40,603 nucleotides of DNA from contig CANHON010000002.1 of the NCBI GenBank assembly GCA_947462115.1, positions 1 through 40,603 on the forward strand, read 5' to 3'. Shown here in pieces: positions 26,644-35,662 of this stretch (its first letter is position 1; the number at the start of each line of letters is the position of its first letter). Source of the DNA: Deltaproteobacteria bacterium (GTDB lineage: Bacteria > Myxococcota_A > UBA796 > UBA2385). The notes below the pieces were generated by a model that had not been told where the DNA came from, searched no databases, and was given only the letters and a program-made list of their open reading frames with translations. The translations under genes and the position numbers were made by a program.

Positions 26644-28524
26644 ATGACCGCAGAGCGACGCGACCACCACCGCGGGCACCGACCCGCCGCGCCGGCCCTC
26701 GCCGCGGCGCTGTGGCTGCTCGCCTTGGCCCGCCCCGCCGTCGCTTTCTCCTACCTGACGACCGAGGACGGCCGGCCCCTGCGCTGGCGGGCCGACAACC
26801 CCTGGGTGGCCGCCCCCTACCTGCCCATCGCCGCCAACCCGCTGAACGCCAACGGGATCTACGCCGAGGAGCTGCGCGCCGCCGTCATCAAGGGCCTGGT
26901 GCGCTGGCAAGACGCGAGCGGGGGCCAGGTCTTGTGGGACTACTGGGCGGGGGACGACCCCGTGGACTTCCCGGCCGTCATCGCCCACGATGGCGTCTCC
27001 ACCATCTTTTTCATCTCGGCGAGCCCGGAGCCGCCCTTGTTGTCGATGTCCACCGCCGCCTACACGCAGCTGTGGTTCGACGACGAGACGGCGACCATCA
27101 CCGAGTTCGACATGGTGCTCAACGACGCTGGCTTCACCTTCGTCCCCACCGCCGCCCAGGCCCAGTACGGGGTCGGCCCGGGCGTCCGCGTCGCCTACCT
27201 CGACGACGTGATCACCCACGAGCTGGGCCACGCGCTCGGGGTGGGCCACAGCGGCGTGCTCACGAGCTCGATGTTCACCTGGGCCTGGGCCGAGCAGTCC
27301 ACCCTCGCCTGCGACGACGTGGCCGCCGTGCACGCCCTCTACAACCCCGAGGCCCCGCCCTCCGGCACCGGCGGCCTGCGGGGCGAGGTGCGCGACCGCG
27401 AGGGGCAGCCGGTCTTTGGCGCGGAGGTGCTCGCCATCTCCGCGGACAAGGCGCGGGTCGAGGCCGCGGTGATCACCGACATCAACGGCGCCTACACCTT
27501 TGAGGCGCTGCCGCCGGGGCCGGTGGCGCTGATGGTCGCGCCCTTCTTGGCCAGCGCCCTGGCCCTCGGCGACGGCTACCGCAGGGTCGACCCCTTCGTC
27601 TGCGACGGCGAAGCCTACGCCCGCGCCGTGGCCCTGCGACCCGACCGGGTGCACGTCGAGCCCGTGGAGATCTTCGTCGGCGAGCAGAGCCTCGCGCCCA
27701 CCCTCACCGCGGGCTGCAGCCTCGGGGGCGAGGCGGGCATGCCGGTCCGGGGCACCGGCGCCGGATCGACCTTGGAGACGGCCTTCCCGGTGATGCAGGG
27801 CGGCGCCGACTCCGAGCTGCTGTTCGAGCGCATGGACCTCGGCGGCGTGGAGCGGGTCTACCGCCTCGATGACTTCGAGGGCGACCTCGACATGAGCGTG
27901 CTGTCCTACTCGTTATTTTCGCCGGCCTACGCGCGGCCGGACCTCGTGGACGCCGCCGGGGCCGACGTGGCGGCGGCCGACGTCGACAGCCCCGTCTACG
28001 CCTACGCCTGCCCCGACGCGAACATCGGCGTGCAAGACGAGGAGCCGGCGCCCGAGGACCCCAACTGCACCGACTTCGCCCTGTGGGACACCCGCCTGCG
28101 CGCCCGGGACCTTCCGCGGGGCACCTACTACCTGCGGCTGCGCGGCTCGCGGCTGGTCGAGGAGGACTCCCCGCGCGGCGAGCTCTACGTCGATGACTCG
28201 GCCTTCGCCCTGGTCTTTTTGACGCGGCCCTCCCCCGAAGAGGCCGCGCTGAGCAGCGAGGAGGCCGAGGCCCTGGCCGCCCGAGAGGCCATGTGCACGC
28301 TCGACGAACGGCCGGTGGACTACACGAGCCCCGCCGGCCCGCCCCTGCGCCGCTTCACCCCCGAGCCCCTGCCCGAGCCCCTGTGCGGGGGCTGCAAGGA
28401 CAAGAACCCGTGGTCGCGCGGCCAAGACACCGCCGCCGGGGCCGCTCTGGTGCTTGGCTTCGTCGGCTGGAGGCGGAGGCGCGGGCCCGGCGCCCTTAGA
28501 AGCAGCGCGCCTCGACGAGGTTGA
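26644..28524 (+). CDS. secreted metzincin (matrixin-like) zinc metalloprotease with CarboxypepD_reg-like domain and MYXO-CTERM-like sorting tail
   Basis: HELGHALGVGHS (HExxHxxGxxH) with a downstream SSMF Met-turn candidate. GLRGEVRDREGQPVFGAEVLAI...NGAYTFEALPPG resembles a regulatory beta-sandwich. The tail CGGCKDKNP...AAGAALVLGFVGWRRRRG lies at 28384-28521. I chose the ATG at 26644; the track N-terminal extension is antisense junk. Confidence 0.8.
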   Translation: MTAERRDHHRGHRPAAPALAAALWLLALARPAVAFSYLTTEDGRPLRWRADNPWVAAPYLPIAANPLNANGIYAEELRAAVIKGLVRWQDASGGQVLWDYWAGDDPVDFPAVIAHDGVSTIFFISASPEPPLLSMSTAAYTQLWFDDETATITEFDMVLNDAGFTFVPTAAQAQYGVGPGVRVAYLDDVITHELGHALGVGHSGVLTSSMFTWAWAEQSTLACDDVAAVHALYNPEAPPSGTGGLRGEVRDREGQPVFGAEVLAISADKARVEAAVITDINGAYTFEALPPGPVALMVAPFLASALALGDGYRRVDPFVCDGEAYARAVALRPDRVHVEPVEIFVGEQSLAPTLTAGCSLGGEAGMPVRGTGAGSTLETAFPVMQGGADSELLFERMDLGGVERVYRLDDFEGDLDMSVLSYSLFSPAYARPDLVDAAGADVAAADVDSPVYAYACPDANIGVQDEEPAPEDPNCTDFALWDTRLRARDLPRGTYYLRLRGSRLVEEDSPRGELYVDDSAFALVFLTRPSPEEAALSSEEAEALAAREAMCTLDERPVDYTSPAGPPLRRFTPEPLPEPLCGGCKDKNPWSRGQDTAAGAALVLGFVGWRRRRGPGALRSSAPRRG

Positions 28525-29335
28525 GCCAGACCTCGCCGGTGCCCCGGTAGACGTTGAGGAAGCCCTCGCCGCCCGCCGCCGAGCCCAAGAAGCCCGCGGC
28601 CCGCTCGACCGAGAACTGCAGCTTGCCCACGCTCATCATCGCGAAGGGGCCGTCGATCTTGAGCTCCTCGTCTTGGAGCTGAACGCGCAGGATGCGGTCG
28701 AGCGGCACGGGGCTCGCGAGCATGGCCACGCCGTTGCCGCGCAGCACCGGCATGGAGATGCCCTCGCCGCCCTGGCTGGCCCCCTTCACGCCGAGCACGT
28801 GCGCGTCCAGCGTCAGGCTGGCGTCGCAGGCCACGAACATGCCGCGATCGCACATGAGCTGAGCGTCATCGACCTCGACGAGCATGAGGTGGTCGCGCCG
28901 GGGCTCGAGGAAGATCTCGCCGCTGCCGCTGTACTTGGGCCGCACCATCGACTCGCCGCTGGCGATGCTGGTGGCCGCCCGCCGCAGCAGCCCGCCCACG
29001 CCGCCGCCGCCCGCGCCCACGCCCACGTCGATCTGGATGCGGCCCTTCATGAACTGCAGGGCGCCGGGCTCCAGGTAGACCGCCGAATTGTCGAGGGTGA
29101 CCCGGGCGTGCTGGATGGGGTGCAGCGGGTGGACCGGCTCGTCGTGCGGGGTGGCGGCGGCCAAGGCGGCGGCCCGCAGGTCCTTGCCCGCCGCGAGGAT
29201 GCGACTGGCGTCCACCACGTCGTTCCCAAGCACGACGAAGCGCGGGTAGCCGAGCACCTGCCAGTGGGTGCCCTTGCCGCGGGCCTCGTCGATGAGCTTC
29301 CAGTGGGGGTATTGCACGCTCGGGCTGACAGGCAT
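28496..29335 (-). CDS. AIM24-family (DUF124) protein
   Basis: Repetitive beta-rich pattern with GESMVRPKYSGSGEIFLEP, DRGMFVACDASL and GEGFLNVYRGTGEVWL, which is typical of AIM24/DUF124. I chose the ATG at 29335. The 3' end overlaps the convergent metzincin gene by 29 nt. Confidence 0.6.
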   Translation of the reverse strand: MPVSPSVQYPHWKLIDEARGKGTHWQVLGYPRFVVLGNDVVDASRILAAGKDLRAAALAAATPHDEPVHPLHPIQHARVTLDNSAVYLEPGALQFMKGRIQIDVGVGAGGGGVGGLLRRAATSIASGESMVRPKYSGSGEIFLEPRRDHLMLVEVDDAQLMCDRGMFVACDASLTLDAHVLGVKGASQGGEGISMPVLRGNGVAMLASPVPLDRILRVQLQDEELKIDGPFAMMSVGKLQFSVERAAGFLGSAAGGEGFLNVYRGTGEVWLNLVEARCF

Positions 29336-29398
29336 GACGGAGGCCTCCGGGGATGGAGCCCTCCCGTAAGCGCCGCCGCCCAGCCCCGGCAAGCGGCC

Positions 29399-30421
29399 TT
29401 AGGCGCGCTCCTCGACCTTGCCGTCGGCGTGGCGGGCGAAGCGCCGGGCCGACCGCGGGTGGGTGGGGTCGTCTTTGGGCCAGGGCCAGCCGCCAAAACG
29501 GGTGCGGCGGAAGTCGGCGAAGGCCTGCTGAAGCTCCTGCTGGGTGTTCATCACGAAGGGGCCCTGCTGGGCCACCGGCTCGCGGATGGGGTTGCCCTGC
29601 AGCATCAGCAGCTCGACCGGCGCGCCGCCGGCCACCACCTCGACCGCCGCGTCGGCGCGGAGCTGAACGACGCGGGGCAGCTTCACCTCGACGCCCGCCA
29701 CCTGCGCGCTCTCGCCGGAGAACAGGTAGATCACCCGGTGGGCCTGGGCGGGCGCCGGGGGCAGCATGAACCGGGCGCCCGGCGCGAGGTTGAGGGTCCA
29801 GATCGCCACGTTGTTCTCGGGCTTGGCGGCCCAAGAATTGGGCGGCGGGGCCGGCGGCGCCATGCCCCCGTAGGCCCCAGCCATGGCCGTCAGCACCACC
29901 TCGCGCCCGGCCTCGTCGGTGAACACGTGCCGGGGCACCTCCTCCGACCACAGCATGCGAAAGCAGGGCTCGACCATCTTGTCGTGGGCCGGCAGGTTCA
30001 GCCAGAGCTGGAACAGCTCGGCGGGGTTGGGCGCGTCGGCCTGCACCAGGGGGAACATCTCGGCGTGCACCACGCCGCGGCCAGCGGTCATCCACTGCAC
30101 ATCACCTTGGCCGAAGCGGGCCTGGGCGCCCATCGAGTCGCTGTGGTCGATAAAGCCGTGGCGGGCCAAGGTCACCGTCTCAAAGCCGCGGTGCGGGTGC
30201 TGCGGAAAGCCCGGCGCCTCGCGCCCGTGGTACATGCTGAACCCATCTTTGCCCGAGAAGTCGCTGCCGATGTTGCGGCCCGAGAGCGACGCCACCGGCG
30301 CCATCTTCGCGTCACCCGCTGGGTAGTTGTCGCGGTGGTGGGCGCAGAACAAGAAGGGGTCGAGCGTCGGCCAGTGCATGCCCGAGAGGGGCGCTTGGGC
30401 GAGGATGGGGTCGGTGGACAT
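29399..30421 (-). CDS. pirin-family bicupin protein
   Basis: Cupin metal motif HPHRGFETVT, then VQWMTAGRGVVHAEM, then a C-terminal cupin with GPFVMNT. GGAG lies 5 nt upstream of the ATG at 30421. Confidence 0.85.
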   Translation of the reverse strand: MSTDPILAQAPLSGMHWPTLDPFLFCAHHRDNYPAGDAKMAPVASLSGRNIGSDFSGKDGFSMYHGREAPGFPQHPHRGFETVTLARHGFIDHSDSMGAQARFGQGDVQWMTAGRGVVHAEMFPLVQADAPNPAELFQLWLNLPAHDKMVEPCFRMLWSEEVPRHVFTDEAGREVVLTAMAGAYGGMAPPAPPPNSWAAKPENNVAIWTLNLAPGARFMLPPAPAQAHRVIYLFSGESAQVAGVEVKLPRVVQLRADAAVEVVAGGAPVELLMLQGNPIREPVAQQGPFVMNTQQELQQAFADFRRTRFGGWPWPKDDPTHPRSARRFARHADGKVEERA

Positions 30422-30569
30422 GGGCGCTCCGTGGCTGAAGGTGCGGTCGACATAGCGCCCGCGGAGGGGGCGAGAACCCCAAGGGCGGGCGCGTATTGTG
30501 TCCCACGGGGCGACAATGGGGGGGAGGCGGGGCGGCGGGCCGCGTGCCCAGCGAAGCCCGGGACGAGCA

Positions 30570-31154
30570 CTAAGTGCACCACCGGTTGACGCGGGCGGTC
30601 GCCTCGTTCAGGACCTTGAACTCGAACCGACGCTTCGGGAGCGAGACCGCCAAGCGCTGCACCCGAGGGTTCAGCCGATTGTAGAGCTGCTCGCAGGCTT
30701 CGGGATCGCGGAACCCCGAGACCACGAGCACAAGGCAGAGCTCAACGGCGTTCATCGGCGCAGCGTCGACGGTGAGCTTGGCGGGCAGCGGCACCCCCGG
30801 CCACCACCCGTGGGCAGCGCCGAGCCACAGGTGAAGGCTATGGAGGAGCTTGTCGCAGATCTCTTGGTCGAACCTCTCGACCGCCTCTGCTTTTGCGCGG
30901 CGGTCGTCAGGGCTGTCGCCCGGGCGCGGGCCCCACGGCGCCGATGACTTTGCTTCGAGGAACACGATCCGGGGATCCTTTCCCCGGAAGTGCCTGTACA
31001 CGACCGCCTCGACGGCCTTCGGCTGGCTGTTCCCAGCGAGCCCAACGTAGAGCGGGCTCGCCTCTAGCTCCCAGACCCGGTCGGGGTGAAAGGGCCCGAA
31101 CCGAAGACCAGACTCGAGGAGATACACTTGGCCGTCGTTCGGGTCGACTGGCAT
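30570..31154 (-). CDS. 194-aa hypothetical protein coupled to the ATPase; possible PD-(D/E)xK nuclease-like
   Basis: The ATG at 31154 shares one base with the ATPase stop (TGATG, 31152-31156). The segment HPDRVWELE...AVEAVVY...RIVFLEAKSS could be a D/E...ExK motif. No HNH, Toprim or other motif recognised. GC is lower than in the flanks. Confidence 0.6.
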   Translation of the reverse strand: MPVDPNDGQVYLLESGLRFGPFHPDRVWELEASPLYVGLAGNSQPKAVEAVVYRHFRGKDPRIVFLEAKSSAPWGPRPGDSPDDRRAKAEAVERFDQEICDKLLHSLHLWLGAAHGWWPGVPLPAKLTVDAAPMNAVELCLVLVVSGFRDPEACEQLYNRLNPRVQRLAVSLPKRRFEFKVLNEATARVNRWCT

Positions 31155-32179
31155 CACTCCTCCCAGCCGCCAATCTGCCGATTGTACAGGTCGATCGAGG
31201 CTTGAATGATCGGGTTCTCGGGGAGCCCCCCGCGCAGATCGCCCTGTGCGGTGCTGCCATTGTCGCCGAAGCTCAGCCAACCGACCTCGGCGCCCGTACC
31301 CTGCTCGCCAGCGAGCACCGCGAGCGCCTTGAGCACGAAGTAGCTGTGCGTGGCGAGGAAGATCTGCATCCCTGCCCCGGCCAACTTCAACAAGATGTCC
31401 ATCAGAAGCAAGATGGCATCCGGGTGCAGCGCGCTCTCCGGCTCGTCGAAGAGGAGCACGGAGCTGGTGGAGAGGTAGCGGTTACCGAGGAGCTGATCGA
31501 GGATGCCAATCTTCCGCACGCCCTCGGAGGTCACGCCGAGGGGCACCTTGCTGTTTCCCTGCTTGAAGATCCAGGTCGGCGGGGGCCCCGGCACCATCTC
31601 GACCCGCCCGCCGAAGTGCGCCTTGAGGCGGTCGCGCGCACCAGCGAACTCAGTGAAGTTGTTGCCCCGCGTGGTCGGCGCGAGCAGCGCCCGCGCGAGG
31701 TCGACGTAGGTGTCGTCAAAGCCGAAGGCGGCCAGCTCATCGCGCCCGCGCAAGATCGCCGCGTGCATCGACAGCACCTCCTTCGCCGGGAAGAAGAGCG
31801 TGTTGGCCTCGCGGGCGACGAGCCCGCGGCCCTTCACCTCCACCTGCCGGGTGGCGCCCTTCTCGATCTCGATGCGCAAGGGGCCCTCGGTGAGCGCGAG
31901 CTCAAGGCGCGCCTTGTCCGGGCCGCCCCGCCGCACGAGCTTTCCGAAGTCGCCGCACTGGTAGGTCCAGTGCAGCTTCTCGGCGGCCAGCTCCGTGAGC
32001 GTGCGGCGCTCCTCACCGCGCTGCTGCGCCTCGACCACCCGCTGACCGACGTAGAGCGCCTTGAGCAGCACCGTCTTGCCCGCGCCGTTCGTACCCACCA
32101 CCACGTTCAGCCCTGGGCGGGGCTGCCAATCCAGCGTGTGGATGGGCCCGAAGTCGTGAAGCTGTGCACGCGTGATCAT
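31154..32179 (-). CDS. ABC/SMC-type (AAA_21/AAA_15-like) ATPase, 341 aa
   Basis: Walker A GTNGAGKT, signature-like VTSEGVRK, Walker B VLLFDEPESALHP and H-loop FLATHS. I prefer the ATG at 32179 (GGAG 6 nt upstream); the alternative at 32185 gives MPM... The track N-terminal extension is Arg/Gly junk. Confidence 0.8.
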   Translation of the reverse strand: MITRAQLHDFGPIHTLDWQPRPGLNVVVGTNGAGKTVLLKALYVGQRVVEAQQRGEERRTLTELAAEKLHWTYQCGDFGKLVRRGGPDKARLELALTEGPLRIEIEKGATRQVEVKGRGLVAREANTLFFPAKEVLSMHAAILRGRDELAAFGFDDTYVDLARALLAPTTRGNNFTEFAGARDRLKAHFGGRVEMVPGPPPTWIFKQGNSKVPLGVTSEGVRKIGILDQLLGNRYLSTSSVLLFDEPESALHPDAILLLMDILLKLAGAGMQIFLATHSYFVLKALAVLAGEQGTGAEVGWLSFGDNGSTAQGDLRGGLPENPIIQASIDLYNRQIGGWEE

Positions 32180-32405
32180 GGGCATCTCCGGCCGGGCGCC
32201 TATCCGGAGGGCGCCCCGGGCGCCGCAGAACCAAAACGCGGCTTGAGCGCGAGCCGGTCCCACCCGCGCCCCCGCGCCAGGCCGACCGGACGGCGGGCCG
32301 CAGGCCCGGTGGCGCAAGCCACCAAGGCGCGCAGCGCCGCGCCGGGAGGGGGGCCGCCGCCGAAGGCGGGGCGCCCGAGGCTCCCAGCGCGAGAGGCCCC
32401 GCCGC

Positions 32406-34175
32406 TCAGAGCAGGCGGATGTCGAAGTCCATCATCGGGGCCTTGCCGACGCTGGCGCGCTTGGCGTAGAGAGCGGCCTCGGGCAGCACCATCTCGAAGA
32501 AGTAGCGGGCGGTCTGGAGCTTGCCGCGCTTGCGGTCGCTGTCGGGCTGGTCGGCCAAGAAGAGCAGCTGGCGCAGCCAGACGTAGCCCAGCGTGTTGAG
32601 CGCGAACTGGTTGAGGTAGTTGCTGGCGGCGGCGCCGACCTCCTCGGCGTCCTCCATCGCCCGGCCCATCAGGCCCATCGTGGTGTTGGTGAGGCGGCCG
32701 GCCTCCTTGCCCAGGGCCTCGGCGAAGGGCGCGAGCTCGGGGTTTTGGGCGGCCTTCTCGATGGTGGCCGTGACCTCGGCCGCGAAGCTCTGGAGCAGGC
32801 GGCCGCCGCCGAGGGGCAGCTTGCGGCCCACGAGGTCGAGGGCCTGGATGTGGTTGGTCCCCTCGTAGATCATGGCGATGCGCACGTCGCGCAGGTACTG
32901 CTCGACCGGCCAGTCGGTGGTGAAGCCCGAGCCGCCCATGACCTGCATGGCCTCGCTGACGTTGAGGAAGCCCCGCTCGCTGCCGAACGACTTGATGATG
33001 GGCGTCATCAGGGCGACGAGGTCTTCGGCCTCGGCGCGCACCGCGGCGTCGGGGTGGTGGAGCATGCGGTCGTAGGCCACGGCGATCATGGCGACGAGGC
33101 CGCGCAGGGGCTCGTTGGTGGACTTGATGTTCAACAACATGCGGCGCACGTCGGGGTGCACGAGGATGTTGTCGGCGGCCTGGCCGGCCTCGTTGCGGGC
33201 CGGGTTGAGCGAGCGGCTCTGGCGGCGGTCCTGGGCGAAGGCGAGGGCGGCCTGGTAGGCGGCGTCGGCCAGGGCCACGCCCTCGATGCCCACGTTGAGG
33301 CGCGCGGCGTTCATCATCACGAACATCGAGCGCATGCCCTTGTGGGCCTCGCCGAGCATCCAGCCCTGGGCGCCGTCGAGGTTGATGACGCAGGTGGGGC
33401 TGGCGTGGATGCCCATCTTGTGCTCGAGGCCGCCGCAGCTCACGTGGTTAAAGCTGCCGTCTTCGAGGAATTTGGGCACCAAGAAGGCGCTGATGCCCTT
33501 GATGCCCGGCGGCGCGTCGGGGAGGCGGGCGAGCACGAGGTGGATGATGTTGTCGGTGAGGTCGTGCTCGCCGAAGGTGATCCAGATCTTGGTGCCGCTG
33601 ACCGTGTAGCTGCCGTCGGCGCGGGGCTCGGCGCGGGTGCTGATGAGGCCGAGATCGGTGCCGCACTGGGGCTCGGTGAGGCACATCGTGCCCGACCACT
33701 CGCCGGTGATGAGCTTCTCCAAGAAGCGGTGCTTCTGCTCGTCGGTGCCGTGGGCCTCCAGCGCGTCAATGAGGCCGGTGGTGAGGCCGGGGCACATCGA
33801 GAATGACTTGTTGCACGCGATCAAGATCTCGGAGCCCAGCACCGCGAGGGTGAAGGGGGCGCCACCGCCGCCGTGGGCCGCGCTGTGGGCCATGCCGTTG
33901 AAGCCGGCCTCCACCCAGCCTTTGTAGGCCTCTTTGAAGCCGTCGGCGGTGGTGACGGCGCCGGTGGCCCCGTCGAACTTGAGGCCCTGCTGGTCGGCCT
34001 TTTGGTTGAGGGGGTACAGCACGTTGGCGCAGTACTCGCTGTAGCCCTCGAGCAAGGACATCGAGGTGTCGAGGTCGAAGTCGGCGAAGCCGGCGAGCTG
34101 GCTGATCAGCGCAGGGTAGCCGAAGACTTCGAGGTTGAACCGGATGTCGTCGAGGGGCGGCGTGTACTTGAGCAC
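32406..34175 (-). CDS. long-form acyl-CoA dehydrogenase (FadE-like, about 589 aa)
   Basis: ACAD blocks MCLTEPQCGTDLG, GTKIWITFGEHD, KGISAFLVPK and RIAMIYEGTNHIQALD, with a C-terminal extension. The GTG start at 34175 has GGAG 5 nt upstream (MLKYTPPLDD...). The track extension to 34439 is junk. Confidence 0.85.
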   Translation of the reverse strand: MLKYTPPLDDIRFNLEVFGYPALISQLAGFADFDLDTSMSLLEGYSEYCANVLYPLNQKADQQGLKFDGATGAVTTADGFKEAYKGWVEAGFNGMAHSAAHGGGGAPFTLAVLGSEILIACNKSFSMCPGLTTGLIDALEAHGTDEQKHRFLEKLITGEWSGTMCLTEPQCGTDLGLISTRAEPRADGSYTVSGTKIWITFGEHDLTDNIIHLVLARLPDAPPGIKGISAFLVPKFLEDGSFNHVSCGGLEHKMGIHASPTCVINLDGAQGWMLGEAHKGMRSMFVMMNAARLNVGIEGVALADAAYQAALAFAQDRRQSRSLNPARNEAGQAADNILVHPDVRRMLLNIKSTNEPLRGLVAMIAVAYDRMLHHPDAAVRAEAEDLVALMTPIIKSFGSERGFLNVSEAMQVMGGSGFTTDWPVEQYLRDVRIAMIYEGTNHIQALDLVGRKLPLGGGRLLQSFAAEVTATIEKAAQNPELAPFAEALGKEAGRLTNTTMGLMGRAMEDAEEVGAAASNYLNQFALNTLGYVWLRQLLFLADQPDSDRKRGKLQTARYFFEMVLPEAALYAKRASVGKAPMMDFDIRLL

Positions 34176-34272
34176 GGGGACTCCATCTGCGCGGGCGGCG
34201 GCGGGTCGGGGAGGGGCGCCGCCTATCGGATCGGGGGCGGCCGCGCCGTGCCAAGCTGCGCCCGAGGTGACC

Positions 34273-35568
34273 ATGAACGCCCCCGCGCTCCTGCTGCTGC
34301 TCACGCCCGGCCTCGGCTGGGCCAACGGCCAGACCACCCACATCTGGATCACCCGCGAGGCCCGCGCCTTGGTGCCGGCGGGTCCGCTGCAGGACATCGT
34401 GCAGGACGAGGCCAACCAGCCGATGTTGGTGCACGGCACGATGTTCCCAGACGGGGGCTACGCGGTGGGCCACCCCTACGGCGAGGCCGCCCACTGGGAG
34501 CCGTTTCAGACGGCGTACCTGGCGTGGATCCGCGCCACCTACGGCCCGCCCTACGAGGACCCGGAGGCCCGCCAGCACGTCGCTTTCCTCATGGGCTTGG
34601 CCTCGCACGGCATGGCCGACCAGACCTTCGACGCGCACTACCTCAACCGCAGCCAAAACTACGACGGGGCGCTGGGCTGGGCGGCCGGCGACAGCATGGA
34701 CGAGGCCACCGACTTTGAGTGGGGTTGGCTGACCGGCCCCCAAGACGTGCCCGACCGCTGGGTGCCCGGCGGGCCCTTCGTCGAGCTCTACGCAGAGCAG
34801 GGCATTGTCGTGGACGACGCCACGATGAACGAGGGCCAGGGCCTGCTGGAGCTGGCGGTGCGCCTCGTCGGCTTAGGTAGCCAGTCGGAGATCAGCCTAG
34901 AGCGCTACCGCGAGGGCTTCCCCTGGGCGACCAGCCACCTCCAAGACCCCGCCGTGCCCGGCATTCCGAGCTACGAGGCGGAGATCGTGGCCGGCTATTG
35001 GCAAGAAGTGTGGGACCGCCTGCACGAGATGAGCCCCGCCGACGCCATCCTCGGCACTGTGCCCTCCGAGGGCGGCTGGGTGCCAGGCCGCGCGCCCGAC
35101 GACCCCAACGCCCGCCTGAGCGTGCACTTCAAGCGGGGCCTCGTGGCCGAAGACATCGTCGCCGACGCGTTCTTGGTGACAGGCCCCGAAGGCCCGCTGG
35201 CGGTCGAGCCCTGGCTCTACTACGGCAACGACAGCCACATCGTGCACCTCGTGCCGGTCGCGCCCTGGCCCGAAGACGCCCTCCTCACGGTCACCGTCAA
35301 GGCCGGCCTGCCCGACCGCTTCGGTGGGGCCTTGGCCCAAGACTACGTGTTCACCGTCACCACCACCGAGCCGCCGCCCGAGGACACCGACTGCCGCTTC
35401 TGCGCGGATGAAGGCGACGACATCGCCGAGCCCTCCGGCCAAGACGAGCCCAAAAGCCGCTGCGGGGGCTGCAGCGCAGAGGGCGAGGGGCGGGCCGCCG
35501 GCCTCGGCCTGCTGGGCCTGGGCTTCGGCCTCAGCCTGCTCCGCGGGCGCCGACCGACCGCGCGCTGA
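34273..35568 (+). CDS. secreted zinc-dependent phospholipase C-like protein with Ig-like domain and MYXO-CTERM-like tail
   Basis: GAGGTGA lies upstream of the ATG at 34273. A signal peptide ending ...TPGLG sits immediately before WANGQTTH, so Trp would be mature residue 1. His/Asp ligand-like blocks are FPDGGY, AAHWEP and ASHGMADQTFDAHY. The tail CGGCSAEGEGRAAGLGLLGLGFGLSLLRGRRP lies at 35461-35565. Confidence 0.65.
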   Translation: MNAPALLLLLTPGLGWANGQTTHIWITREARALVPAGPLQDIVQDEANQPMLVHGTMFPDGGYAVGHPYGEAAHWEPFQTAYLAWIRATYGPPYEDPEARQHVAFLMGLASHGMADQTFDAHYLNRSQNYDGALGWAAGDSMDEATDFEWGWLTGPQDVPDRWVPGGPFVELYAEQGIVVDDATMNEGQGLLELAVRLVGLGSQSEISLERYREGFPWATSHLQDPAVPGIPSYEAEIVAGYWQEVWDRLHEMSPADAILGTVPSEGGWVPGRAPDDPNARLSVHFKRGLVAEDIVADAFLVTGPEGPLAVEPWLYYGNDSHIVHLVPVAPWPEDALLTVTVKAGLPDRFGGALAQDYVFTVTTTEPPPEDTDCRFCADEGDDIAEPSGQDEPKSRCGGCSAEGEGRAAGLGLLGLGFGLSLLRGRRPTAR

Positions 35569-35662
35569 GGGCCCTGGGCCTGTCACCCCTTCGCCCCTTG
35601 CCCGTCACGTTGTAGGCTGAGCGCCGGGCTGGCGCCCCTCCCCGCGCCGCCTGGGGAGCCGC

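Noticed and set aside
32290-32325. Tandem small hairpins (GGGCC-gca-GGCCC and GGTGGC-gcaa-GCCACC) about 85-115 nt downstream of the acyl-CoA dehydrogenase stop, as a possible terminator
   Set aside because: The stems are short (5-6 bp) with no U-tract. They cannot be distinguished from chance GC-rich palindromes without folding energies or 3'-end mapping.
30422-32405. Mobile-element boundaries (integrase, transposase, tRNA target, direct repeats) around the lower-GC ATPase pair
   Set aside because: I found none by eye. The horizontal-transfer idea rests only on composition and is therefore kept as an inference inside the finding, not as a mobile_element feature.
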